A DNA stretch of 36,039 bases, from positions 1-36,039 of IMG/VR virus record IMGVR_UViG_3300037603_000145; one strand, 5' to 3'. Positions 17,216 to 26,687 of this stretch are shown one piece after another (the first letter of the stretch is position 1; each line of letters starts with the position of its first letter). This DNA is from a virus. Taxonomy: Duplodnaviria; Caudoviricetes. The notes under the pieces were generated by a model that was not told where the DNA came from, did not search any database, and saw nothing but the letters and a program-made list of their open reading frames with translations. A program made the position numbers and the translations under genes.

Positions 17216-17271
17216 TTGTGAATTCAAAAACGTAGCGCTACTCCACTAGAGAAAAGGGGTAAGGGGCCGTT

Positions 17272-17586
17272 ATGGAAATTCAGACCCGATCCGACTGCGT
17301 TCAGGTCCAGGCGGCGGCGAATAATCGCTGGCCAATGACGATGGATCAGCGGACTGCTGCCGTTGATCGCTTGCTGCAAATCATCGCGGACCCAAAGAGC
17401 AGCGGGCGTTTAGTGGTCAGTGCGACGAGAGCGTTGGCCGCGATGGACAAACTCAACATGGATGAGCTTCCCAGGCAGACCCACAGCGTCAACCTGAATT
17501 TGAATGTCGACGATCGAAAGAGCGAGTTGGCGAAACGGATCGAATCGTTAAAGGGCAGCCTTGGCGTCACCACCGACGACGATTGA
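17272..17586 (+). CDS. Putative terminase small subunit
   Basis: 104-aa helical protein between cos and terL (positional call). Confidence 0.55.
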   Translation: MEIQTRSDCVQVQAAANNRWPMTMDQRTAAVDRLLQIIADPKSSGRLVVSATRALAAMDKLNMDELPRQTHSVNLNLNVDDRKSELAKRIESLKGSLGVTTDDD

Positions 17587-19801
17587 TCCCGATGAGCTTG
17601 CCAGCCTCCTGGAGCTTGCGACCGATGCCGATGACCTGTCGCTGATCGAGCAGGCGGTAGCGGAGATCGAGGCTGAGCTAGCCGGTCGACAGCCGACGAT
17701 GACCCGCGCAGACAAAATGCGGGCGGCTTCCGCGAAGGCACAGCGTGCTGCGACTCGTTCGTCGCAGGACATTGGACCGCCACCGGTTGGGCTTGGGGAT
17801 GAGAAGCGGCGAAAGCGTTCTGACGAGGACCTGGAGTACCACCTTTCGGAGTATTACCCCGAGACGTTCTGTCTTGAATTCAGCGACGATCACCGCCGCA
17901 TCATCAAGCAGATTCAGACGACGATTGAGCAGGGTGGGCAGAAGGCTATCGCGTTGATGCGTGGGGCGGGCAAATCATCCATTCTGCTACGCGCGATGCT
18001 TTGGGCGGTTCTGACTGGTAGGCGTCGCTTCTGTGTGTTGATTGCGGCATCGTCCGCGTCAGCCAAAAAGCTGATGAAGACATTGAAAAAGCTGATTCTG
18101 AGCAATCGCAAATTACAGGCGGACTACGCGGCGGAGCTTCATTGCTTGATTAGCTTGGGCAACCGGGGAACGCTTTCCGATGGTCAGCACGTGGGCGGAG
18201 TCCGCACTGGTGTTGCCTGGGACGCTTCGATGATCGCCAGTGGCTTTATCGGGGGAGTTGCGACATCTGACTTCGTCATCTCAGCGGTGTCGATCCTAGG
18301 TGATGTTCGCGGTCAGCAGTTTGTCACTGCGTCAGGCCAGACGCTTCGGCCTGACTTGGTCCTGCTCGATGACCCCCAAACGAAAGCGTCCGCGAAATCG
18401 AAACCAGCCAGTCGCACCCGCTTGGAAATCTGCAACGGTGACGTCCTGAAAATGGCGGGTGGGTCCAAGAACATCGCAGCCTTCGCGGCTGTGACCATCA
18501 TCCGTAAAAACGATCTTGCCGACATGCTGGTGAGTCGCAAGACCAGCCCGTACTGGCGGGGCGAGAAAGTTCCTTGCGTGAAGCAATTCCCAAGCAAGGA
18601 CGCAATGGAGTTATGGGAGGAGTTCCAGGAGCAGTATGAGGCAGAGCTGGATGTCGACGCCCCCCATGACAAGAGCAAACAGTTCGTAGCCGACCACTTC
18701 GATGCAATGCACGAAGGCTCGTCCCTGTTTTGGGATGCGAACTACGATCGCAAAAACGAGGTGTCAGCTCTTCACCGCGCGATGATCGAGCGGGCGAAAG
18801 ATATTGATTCATTCAATGCCGAGCTGCAATTGGAGCCCACCAGCGACAGGCCGGAAGGGTCATCAGACCTTTGGGACCTGAGTGCCGACGACATCGCCAG
18901 CCGCATCGGCCCGTATGACCGGGGTGAGTTGCCAGACAGCGTTGAGGTCATCACTGCGTTCATTGACGTTCAAACCAGTTTCCTTCCGTGGATGGTGATG
19001 GGCTTCACGCTTCGAGGGCGTGGCTACGTTCTCGATTATGGATCGTTCCCGGATCAGGGCACGCGATATTTCACCAAGGATTCAATTCCCAAAACGTTCA
19101 AGGACATCTACGGCGACCACGTCACTCTTGGCGACATGGTGACCCAATCGATGGATGAGTTGACCGGTGACCTATTGACCCGTGAGTACATCCGTGGGGA
19201 TAGCGTTCACTCGATCGATAGGGTTGGTTTCGACATCGGGTTCAAATTAGTTGCCAACGAGTTAAGAGACTTCGCATTGATGTCACCGCATCGGGCAATG
19301 CTCATGCCCATGCAGGGCCGCTACGTGGGGCCAGACACCCGCAACTGGCAGCGTATGGGCGGCGGCAAGATGAGACGCACACGGGGCGTTAACGTCGCTC
19401 TCAAGCCACCACCAAAGGGGCAACGAGGCGTGCCGACGCTGCAGGTCGACACCAACGCTTGGAAAAACCATGTGGCTGAGTGCCTGACCATCCCGGAAAC
19501 AAGCCAGAAATCGATACTGCTTTTCAACGACACGCCAGAGAATCACCTGATGATCGGTGAGCATTGCGAGGCAGAGTACCCCATGCTGTCGCGGGGCAAG
19601 GATGGAACCGAAATGGTGATCTGGAAAAACGCTCAGTCCGGTGTCATCGACAACGACTATTGGGACTGCATGGTTGGTTGCTGTGCGCTGGCATCCACCT
19701 TAGGCGTGTTCGCCAAGCAAAAAGCATCTAGCGGTGTTGGGCAGTCTGACACCACCAGCCGGAAGCGTAAGTATGGCGCTTCGAACCTTAACATCGGATG
19801 A
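17561..19801 (+). CDS. terL: Terminase large subunit (lambda GpA family)
   Basis: Walker A MRGAGKS, Walker B LVLLDD, nuclease FIDVQ and NDYWDC; start uncertain. Confidence 0.92.
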   Translation: MASPPTTIDPDELASLLELATDADDLSLIEQAVAEIEAELAGRQPTMTRADKMRAASAKAQRAATRSSQDIGPPPVGLGDEKRRKRSDEDLEYHLSEYYPETFCLEFSDDHRRIIKQIQTTIEQGGQKAIALMRGAGKSSILLRAMLWAVLTGRRRFCVLIAASSASAKKLMKTLKKLILSNRKLQADYAAELHCLISLGNRGTLSDGQHVGGVRTGVAWDASMIASGFIGGVATSDFVISAVSILGDVRGQQFVTASGQTLRPDLVLLDDPQTKASAKSKPASRTRLEICNGDVLKMAGGSKNIAAFAAVTIIRKNDLADMLVSRKTSPYWRGEKVPCVKQFPSKDAMELWEEFQEQYEAELDVDAPHDKSKQFVADHFDAMHEGSSLFWDANYDRKNEVSALHRAMIERAKDIDSFNAELQLEPTSDRPEGSSDLWDLSADDIASRIGPYDRGELPDSVEVITAFIDVQTSFLPWMVMGFTLRGRGYVLDYGSFPDQGTRYFTKDSIPKTFKDIYGDHVTLGDMVTQSMDELTGDLLTREYIRGDSVHSIDRVGFDIGFKLVANELRDFALMSPHRAMLMPMQGRYVGPDTRNWQRMGGGKMRRTRGVNVALKPPPKGQRGVPTLQVDTNAWKNHVAECLTIPETSQKSILLFNDTPENHLMIGEHCEAEYPMLSRGKDGTEMVIWKNAQSGVIDNDYWDCMVGCCALASTLGVFAKQKASSGVGQSDTTSRKRKYGASNLNIG

Positions 19802-20088
19802 TTCAGACGATGAGTGATTTATTGCCAGTGATGACCGACAGCACCGACGAGCCCCAGCAGGCCCCGAAGGTGGAAAAAAAAGCAAAGACAAAAACGCGTT
19901 GCCCAAAGTGCCTTTCTATTAAGCGAGAACGCTACCACCGGGTTAAGACCAGAGAGATCAGTGGCACCACTAAGGATGGGCGGTCTTATACCCGAGTGAC
20001 GTGGAGACGGACGAAATGCCAAAGTTGCGGCCAAAACCGAGTCGACATTGAGTACAGCCAGGACGCTGTTCCGCCTGGGACGCCTTAG
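19798..20088 (+). CDS. Small zinc-ribbon protein
   Basis: RCPKC...KCQSCG. Confidence 0.7.
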   Translation: MIQTMSDLLPVMTDSTDEPQQAPKVEKKAKTKTRCPKCLSIKRERYHRVKTREISGTTKDGRSYTRVTWRRTKCQSCGQNRVDIEYSQDAVPPGTP

Positions 20089-20127
20089 TCCGTTTTTGGT
20101 GGACCTGTGTGCCCCTAGTTTTGGGGC

Positions 20128-20358
20128 ATGAGCGATTACAGCTACCTGCACCGGGCCAGCGACAGCGAGATCCTTGAGCGAATCAGGGAACTCGATGAGA
20201 TGCTGGCATCCCCGGTGAGTTCGATCACAGTCGACGGCACCACCACCAGGTTCGATATCGACGCTGCCCGCAAGGAGCGTCAGCAGTTGTTGAATCAGTT
20301 GCCGGGTATCAGGGGGCATCGTCCACTCTTCACTAGCGTCCGAACGACCGGGGGCTAG
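20128..20358 (+). CDS. Head-tail joining protein (gpW-like)
   Basis: 76 aa, VSSITVDGTTTRFD, between terL and portal. Confidence 0.7.
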   Translation: MSDYSYLHRASDSEILERIRELDEMLASPVSSITVDGTTTRFDIDAARKERQQLLNQLPGIRGHRPLFTSVRTTGG

Positions 20359-20361
20359 CTC

Positions 20362-21741
20362 ATGGGGTTCTTTGCCAGTTCCATCGATCGGGTTCGTAGC
20401 GCCTTCACGTATGAGGCGCTGTCCCCCAGGGGAAAACGCAAAAGCGTTTCCAGCCAGATCCATCGCGAGGACTACCACACGCGTGGCGCGAAGCACCGGT
20501 CCCTCCAGGCCAATGCGTCCGACCTCGCGAGGAATATGTCGGTGTTGGCTTGGGCCGTTCGCCAGCATTTGAGTTATACGTCCTGCTTCACCTTTAACTG
20601 CCAGACAGCCGACACCGACCTGAATAATCAGATCGAGCGGTTGATGCGAGAGGATTCAGTTCGCTCTCGCTGTGATGCTGCCGGGAAATTCGATCGCGAG
20701 AAGATGTGGCGCATCGCTGAGGCCCGCCGAGTTCTCGACGGTGACTGCGCGATAGTCCTCACTAGTCGGGGGCAGATGCAGGGCATTCAGGCCGACCTGA
20801 TCCGCAATCCATCTAGGCCCGCGAAGGGCGAGGATTGGATCAACGGGGTATTGGTGTCAGAGACGGGGCAGCCTCTTAGGTACTGCGTTCATTCTCGACG
20901 TGGATACTCGGGAGTCTGCAATGAGCGGCAGATTCGAGCGGCCAACATCATTCACTATGGCTTCTTCACCGAGCGTTTCGCTGCAGATGCCGTGCGCGGG
21001 GTGAGCCCTCTCACTGCCGCACTGGACCCGCTTCGGGACCTGAAGGAGTCGGTGGCGTTAGCCCAAGCCCGTGCGAAGGTCGCTCAGGTATTCGCCATGG
21101 CGATCACTCGTGATGGCGAAGGTGCTCTGGGTGATCCAAATGATCCAAATGATCCAGATGAGGTCGCCACGGGCTACGCGGTGGACTTTGACCGTCCCCA
21201 GCTACTTGATCTGTCACCAGGTGACGACGCCAAGTTTTTGGAGTCCAGGACACCGAGCACGGAATTCCAGTCGTTCACGAAGCTGGTGACGATGCTTTCG
21301 CTGAAGGCATTGGACATCCCCTATTCGTTGTTCGACGGCGAGAAAGCAACGTTCCATGGTGCCCGCGCAGAGTGGCTGAACTATGTCCATTCGTGCCAAG
21401 AGAAACGGGCTGATCAGGTAACTGCGAGGGGTGAGTACACCGTCTGGAAATTTCGCCAGTGGATTCGCGATGGACGCCTCGTTCTTCCAAGTGGCATGCG
21501 AATCAGCGACATCGAATTCACTTGGATTCCCAAGAACTCAACGCCTTGGTGGGACAAGTCGAAAGAGACCCGTGGTGATAGAGATGCCGTCCGCTGCGGC
21601 TTCGACAATCCCATGCGCATAGCTGCTGAGAAGGGCTTTGTCTGGAAAGACAACATCGACGCCACCGCAGAGGCGATCCGCTACGCCAAGGAAAAGGGCG
21701 TGCCATTGGACTTCGCACCCGAAGACACGAATCAACCGTAG
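20362..21741 (+). CDS. Portal protein (lambda family)
   Basis: ASDLARN, RVLDGD, INGV, VRGVSPL, WWDKSKE motifs; position. Confidence 0.92.
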   Translation: MGFFASSIDRVRSAFTYEALSPRGKRKSVSSQIHREDYHTRGAKHRSLQANASDLARNMSVLAWAVRQHLSYTSCFTFNCQTADTDLNNQIERLMREDSVRSRCDAAGKFDREKMWRIAEARRVLDGDCAIVLTSRGQMQGIQADLIRNPSRPAKGEDWINGVLVSETGQPLRYCVHSRRGYSGVCNERQIRAANIIHYGFFTERFAADAVRGVSPLTAALDPLRDLKESVALAQARAKVAQVFAMAITRDGEGALGDPNDPNDPDEVATGYAVDFDRPQLLDLSPGDDAKFLESRTPSTEFQSFTKLVTMLSLKALDIPYSLFDGEKATFHGARAEWLNYVHSCQEKRADQVTARGEYTVWKFRQWIRDGRLVLPSGMRISDIEFTWIPKNSTPWWDKSKETRGDRDAVRCGFDNPMRIAAEKGFVWKDNIDATAEAIRYAKEKGVPLDFAPEDTNQP

Positions 21742-21749
21742 GTGACAAG

Positions 21750-22934
21750 ATGACTGCAACAGCAACACGTCCAGCAAGACCATCCGTCGAACTGAAGGCA
21801 ACTGCCTTTCGCGGAAGACGTGCAGATATGCCCGCCGACGCGAAGATCGAGTGTGATCGTGAGGGCGGTCGTTTCGGTGCCGGGCTTATTCCAGGTGTTT
21901 CGCTGATCATGACTGGCGAGGCCCTGGGGCATGAGTACTGGATCGATGAGGTGACTCTCGATCAGGTTGCAAGGCTTGGCAGCGAAGCCGACGAAACGGG
22001 GCTGAAATGTCGCTTCACTCATCCTGGGATGAGCAGTGATGGACTGGGACGCTTGCTTGGTCGAATCCATGGCATTCGCCGCGATGGCAATCGCGTGACT
22101 GGCGACCTCCATCTCGCCAAGCTCGCGCACGACACGCCAGAGGGTGACCTAGCCGAGTACGTCATGTGCTTGGTCGACGAGGACGCAACCGCAGCCGGGT
22201 TGTCCATCGTCTTTCATCATGACTTCGCCGCTGAAGAAGAGTTTCTAAATGACAATCTCGGTGAGATCACCTATGAGGATCACCGGGGGCGCGAGGTGAG
22301 GCGTCAGGCGTTTCAGTCACCAGACCAAGATAACGTCCACAGTTACCCACACGTCCGACTTAGCTCTCTCAATGCAGCCGACGTGGTAGATGAGCCAGCG
22401 GCGAATGAGAACGGCATGTTCGATCGCCAGACGCTTCCACGCGAGATGGACGAGCTGCTGAGCTACGCGGCTGGACTTTCGCAAGACAAACCAGAGGCAT
22501 CGGCCTTTGGTGTCGATGCCGATCGGGCATCACAGTTCCTCAGCCGGTGGCTTGATAGTCACGGGCTTTCAATCACCCCGAAGGAGCCTCCATTGGCTAC
22601 TCAACAAAATGAGCCCACAGAGGCTCCAGAAACTCCCGCCCCAACCCGCGAATCATTTGCTGCGGAATTGGAAAGGTTCACCAGCAAGTTTGGAACCGAA
22701 AACGGCGCCAAATGGTTCGCAGAGGGCAAGAGCTTTGAGGAGTCGCTGAGCCTTCATGCGGAAGCGCTTGAGTCTCGCATCGAAGCAGCCGAAGCCGCTC
22801 AGCGAGAGGCTGAGGAGAAGCTCTCATCGCTCGAACTCGGTGAGACCGAACCGGTTGCCACTGGTGCTTCCGGCGACGGCAAAGACGGCCCCAAACGCTT
22901 CTCCGAATTCTTCGCCAAACAATCCAAAAACTGA
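21750..22934 (+). CDS. Prohead protease/scaffold protein
   Basis: GEALGH, RFTHP, GLSIVF, ADVVDEPAAN and a coiled-coil C-terminus; between portal and capsid. Confidence 0.75.
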   Translation: MTATATRPARPSVELKATAFRGRRADMPADAKIECDREGGRFGAGLIPGVSLIMTGEALGHEYWIDEVTLDQVARLGSEADETGLKCRFTHPGMSSDGLGRLLGRIHGIRRDGNRVTGDLHLAKLAHDTPEGDLAEYVMCLVDEDATAAGLSIVFHHDFAAEEEFLNDNLGEITYEDHRGREVRRQAFQSPDQDNVHSYPHVRLSSLNAADVVDEPAANENGMFDRQTLPREMDELLSYAAGLSQDKPEASAFGVDADRASQFLSRWLDSHGLSITPKEPPLATQQNEPTEAPETPAPTRESFAAELERFTSKFGTENGAKWFAEGKSFEESLSLHAEALESRIEAAEAAQREAEEKLSSLELGETEPVATGASGDGKDGPKRFSEFFAKQSKN

Positions 22935-22999
22935 TAGTCAGCGACGCTCGCTTGCTTTGACTCAACCAAACAAAAAACTCAATTTCAGAAAGTAGACAC

Positions 23000-23944
23000 A
23001 TGGCAGATACGCCAATCACCATCGCCGATCTCGTCAAAATCAACTCGCAGGACGTCGCAGACAACGACATCAGTGACTTGCTGATTGACGCTCCACTGAT
23101 CCGCTCGCTCGTTGCCGACACCGCATCGAATGGAACCAGCCACAAGTACACGAAAGAAGCCAGCGCCCCAGTGGTCGGCTTCCGATCGGCCAATGATGGT
23201 CGCGACCACGACGCAAGTTCAGACACGCTGGTCACCATCGATCTGAAGATTCTTGACGCGTCGTTCCACGTCGATAAAGCAGTCGCAGACGCCTACACCA
23301 AAGGTGGCCCGGATGCGCTGATGGGCCGCGAGGCGAAACGTCACTTGCGGGCTGCGTTCAGCGTTGCCGAGAATCAGCTTTTATACGGCACTGGCGCCGC
23401 CGAGTCGGACGGCTTCGTTGGCTTGGCTGACGCCGCGACTCTCAGCCATTCCGACGCCGAGAAGGTCATCCAGCACCCAACAGCCACCGGAGGTTTCTCT
23501 AGTGTCTTTGCGATCCGCAGCGTCGATGAGTTGTCAGACCTCGCCCTGATCACCGGCCAGGATGGCAATCTGGAGGTCGGTGAACGCTATGAGCAGATGG
23601 TCGAGGGGGCCAACGGGAAATACCCTGCGTATTGTCAATCGATCACGGGCTGGATGGGCCTTCAGTTGGGATCGGTTCACTCGGTTGCTAGGTTGTCGGG
23701 CCTCGGAGATGAGGTCGGCTGGCTAGATGACGACCTCATTGCACGGTTGCTCGGCCTGTTCCCCTCGTCGCGTCCGGCAACCATGTTGGTGATGAACCGG
23801 CGAAGCTTGTCGCAGCTGCAACAAACCCGCACTGCAACCAATTCAACCGGGGCTCCCGCACCGTTCCCGACAGAGGCGTTTGGCGTGCCGATCATCGTGA
23901 CCGATTCCATCAGCAGCAACGAAGCTGCGCTAACTCCAGCCTGA
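23000..23944 (+). CDS. Major capsid protein (HK97 fold)
   Basis: VGFRSANDG, LLYGTG...GFVGL, FGVPIIVTDSI. Confidence 0.85.
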   Translation: MADTPITIADLVKINSQDVADNDISDLLIDAPLIRSLVADTASNGTSHKYTKEASAPVVGFRSANDGRDHDASSDTLVTIDLKILDASFHVDKAVADAYTKGGPDALMGREAKRHLRAAFSVAENQLLYGTGAAESDGFVGLADAATLSHSDAEKVIQHPTATGGFSSVFAIRSVDELSDLALITGQDGNLEVGERYEQMVEGANGKYPAYCQSITGWMGLQLGSVHSVARLSGLGDEVGWLDDDLIARLLGLFPSSRPATMLVMNRRSLSQLQQTRTATNSTGAPAPFPTEAFGVPIIVTDSISSNEAALTPA

Positions 23945-23946
23945 TT

Positions 23947-24318
23947 ATGAATCGGGTCTCGAAAGCTTTAGACATTCACCGGCGTGCTCTTATGAGTGCC
24001 GCCGGTGAAACTGTGACCTTCAAGCGAGGATCGCTCGCAAAGGAAGTTACTGCTGTTCCGTCTCACACCGTCTTTGAGGTGGTTGATACGGGCGGCGGTG
24101 TCATCGAGGTGCGTTCAGATGACTTCATCTTCTCGCCCGGATTCATCGACGACTTCGGTGACGGCGACAAGACGCCGATGGCAGGCGACGTGATCATCCG
24201 AGCCAACGGGGACCGCTTCGAGACCATGCGTGGGCCAGGTGGTCACTACTGGGTTTGGGGCGATGGTCGCCAGACTCAGATTCGCTGTTACACCAAACGA
24301 AGGGGCCCCAGTGAGTAG
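23947..24318 (+). CDS. Head closure/head-tail adaptor
   Basis: AAGETVTFKRG...PMAGDVI; position. Confidence 0.7.
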   Translation: MNRVSKALDIHRRALMSAAGETVTFKRGSLAKEVTAVPSHTVFEVVDTGGGVIEVRSDDFIFSPGFIDDFGDGDKTPMAGDVIIRANGDRFETMRGPGGHYWVWGDGRQTQIRCYTKRRGPSE

Positions 24319-24799
24319 GGCGAGTGACTTGCGTGATGCCGTTCGTGATGAACTGGCAGCGAGACTTGAGCGGACCGTGGATGCGGTTCTCGTTCCGGCG
24401 TATAGCCGTGAAGAACTGGCTTCTTTCGACGGCCCCCGTGTCTGGGTTCGTCGCGGTCGTCGTCGTGTCTCTGCTGAGCAGGGGCCTGACACTCGCCTCG
24501 TTGTCATTGAGGTGGGGCTAGCTGGTCTCCTGCCAGAGAAAGCAGAAGGCGGCGAAACCAAAGCCGGGTACCTCGCGCAAAGACTGGCAGCGGCTGACTC
24601 CTTTGATGACCTACTGGAGCAGGTCCTTAGCTTATGGACCCCGGATGGCCCACTATCTGAGTGTTATTTGGCTGGGCACAGCTTCGTCAGCATTGATGAG
24701 GTTCAGGTGTTCGACGCCAAGGAAATGGATAAGACAGGGATTTATATCCCGGTCTTGCAAATCACATATTTTGATTCCCTTGATGACTCGGAAGACTGA
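24311..24799 (+). CDS. Putative tail terminator/neck protein
   Basis: GTG 24311 overlapping the upstream gene; precedes tail tube. Confidence 0.55.
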   Translation: MSRASDLRDAVRDELAARLERTVDAVLVPAYSREELASFDGPRVWVRRGRRRVSAEQGPDTRLVVIEVGLAGLLPEKAEGGETKAGYLAQRLAAADSFDDLLEQVLSLWTPDGPLSECYLAGHSFVSIDEVQVFDAKEMDKTGIYIPVLQITYFDSLDDSED

Positions 24800-24801
24800 A
24801 C

Positions 24802-25284
24802 ATGGCAACTGACTTGACTCGTGGCGCGTATTCTGGTCGCGAGACGAAACTGTATTACAACAGCGCGACCCACGCATCGCCAACCTGGGTTGAGATCAAA
24901 CGCGCTCGCAATATTCAAACCAACCGTGGTCCTGCACTGTCGGACATCGAGTTCCACGGTGCGTCGGAGACGAAAGCCATTCCCGGCTACAAAAAGTTCG
25001 CTGGGTCGTTTGAACTTGTTCGAAAGCGCGGTGCCGATACCGTTTATGACGCGATCATCGCAGCGCGAGAGGCGGGCTCCATCATCGAGCTGGTCCACCT
25101 CAACGGTTCGATCACTGACGACGACAGCAAGGGCTGGATGTGCCCTGTGCTTTTCGGGGAAACAGGGGACACCGCTAACGGTGGTGACGGAGTCGTGCTC
25201 ACGATTCCCTTCCAAGCAGCTGATGCCTTTGATGCCAGCGGCGACGAAGTGAACTACCAGGCCTTCAGCGGTAGCAGCTCGTGA
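24802..25284 (+). CDS. Major tail tube protein
   Basis: KLYYN...PTWVEIKRARNI; size and position. Confidence 0.75.
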   Translation: MATDLTRGAYSGRETKLYYNSATHASPTWVEIKRARNIQTNRGPALSDIEFHGASETKAIPGYKKFAGSFELVRKRGADTVYDAIIAAREAGSIIELVHLNGSITDDDSKGWMCPVLFGETGDTANGGDGVVLTIPFQAADAFDASGDEVNYQAFSGSSS

Positions 25285-25625
25285 TGATCACCCCCATCAC
25301 ATGCCAGGAATTGGCGGATCTTTCAGACAGGTTGCCTTCGGGTGAGTTGCGTGATTGGTGCGAGTTGTCGGCGGCGTCTGGTACGCCCCGGCAAACCGTC
25401 TTTGCTGACGCGGAAATGCTCTCCCGTTGTCGCGAGGCCGCCGCTAAATCAGTCGAGAGCGAGAGCACCCCAGAGAGCAAAAACGATGAAGACGTTCAGC
25501 GACAATCGCGGCCAAATTTGGAATCTCAGTCTGACACTGGGAAAGGTTCGAAAAGTGAGGGACGCACTCGGTCTCGACCTTCTAAATCCGAATCACTACC
25601 AGCAGATTCTGAGCAGTCTGACTGA
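25281..25625 (+). CDS. Hypothetical protein; C-terminus overlaps the chaperone gene
   Basis: GTGA-coupled to the tail tube gene. Confidence 0.4.
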   Translation: MMITPITCQELADLSDRLPSGELRDWCELSAASGTPRQTVFADAEMLSRCREAAAKSVESESTPESKNDEDVQRQSRPNLESQSDTGKGSKSEGRTRSRPSKSESLPADSEQSD

Positions 25626-25977
25626 CCGTTTGGCGTATGCGTTCCTCTTGTGCGAAGAACAAGCCAAAGGACTCGACATCGACGCCGATGAGTTTGAAAA
25701 ACGGATCTACGGCAAGACCAGCGAGGCAAGCCATGCGTTGCTGGGGGAGTCAGCGAGTTTCTTCCGGCTGCTAGGTCCCGATCAGGAGCCGATGGCCCTG
25801 CTGGCAGAGAAGAGTGTGGAGTCGATGAAGGCGGGGTCAGCCCGCTTGAAAGAAATGAAATCGACTGGGCAACTCGATTCGCTGTTCAGTCAGATGGAAA
25901 CGGCGATGGACGAACTCATTCAGCAGACCGCGCCTCCGAAATCGCCAGTGAGCGATGGGAGTGGGTCACAGAGTTAG
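25486..25977 (+). CDS. Tail assembly chaperone (gpG-like)
   Basis: MKTFSDNRGQIWNLSLT; between tail tube and tape measure. Confidence 0.7.
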   Translation: MKTFSDNRGQIWNLSLTLGKVRKVRDALGLDLLNPNHYQQILSSLTDRLAYAFLLCEEQAKGLDIDADEFEKRIYGKTSEASHALLGESASFFRLLGPDQEPMALLAEKSVESMKAGSARLKEMKSTGQLDSLFSQMETAMDELIQQTAPPKSPVSDGSGSQS

Positions 25978-25982
25978 CCTTT

Positions 25983-26219
25983 GTGTCTCGGGTTGAGCCT
26001 TGGCCTTACACCCTGCGAGAGTTGATCGCGGGTGACCGGGCGAGGCGAACTTATGACTACGATCACACTTGTGAGTTGATGGGGGTGATCGCCAGTGTTC
26101 AAACCGGCAAGTCTTACTCCAGAGACTACTTCCATCCCTATCGAGCGAAGCAAGCCGAGCCAATGAAGCTGGATGATCCAGGCAAGGCTTTCGACGAGCT
26201 GACAAAGGGCAAAGGTTAG
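25983..26219 (+). CDS. Tail assembly chaperone C-terminal part (gpT-like)
   Basis: -1 frame relative to 25486-25977; EPWPYTLREL...FHPY. Confidence 0.6.
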   Translation: MSRVEPWPYTLRELIAGDRARRTYDYDHTCELMGVIASVQTGKSYSRDYFHPYRAKQAEPMKLDDPGKAFDELTKGKG

Positions 26220-26224
26220 AAACG

Positions 26225-26683
26225 ATGTTCGAATTCGATCTTCAGGTTGACCAGATCGAGTTCGACCATCAGGTGATCGAGCGTGCTGCGAAGAAAGCGG
26301 CCAAGAAGCCTATCGAAGAGGCTCTTGGTTCAGTCAGGGAGCGAATGCTTGATCGACTTCAGCCTGGGAGCGGTCCTTCACGCCCCGGTGACTCCCCTAA
26401 CGTCCATGTGTCCGCCAATGCGGGCCTTAGAGACATCATGTTGGCCTATGACAGCCAGGCCCAATTGGGCGTTGTAGGGAGCGTTCTGCACAGCGGCAGC
26501 GGTTCCGATCTACCGCTTCCTGGTTTGTTAGAGGACGGGGGCACGACGACCATAAGGCATAAGAAAAGCGGCAAGAAACGCCGTGTACGTATTGCCCCAC
26601 GGCCTTATGCCGGACCTTCGTTTGATGATGCGATTCAGGCAGGTGAGATCGCTGGTCCGTGGGAGGGCGAAATCACAGGATAG
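26225..26683 (+). CDS. Tail completion protein (HK97 gp10-like)
   Basis: SRPGDSP, LLEDGG, IAPRPYAGPSF. Confidence 0.7.
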   Translation: MFEFDLQVDQIEFDHQVIERAAKKAAKKPIEEALGSVRERMLDRLQPGSGPSRPGDSPNVHVSANAGLRDIMLAYDSQAQLGVVGSVLHSGSGSDLPLPGLLEDGGTTTIRHKKSGKKRRVRIAPRPYAGPSFDDAIQAGEIAGPWEGEITG

Positions 26684-26687
26684 GTAG

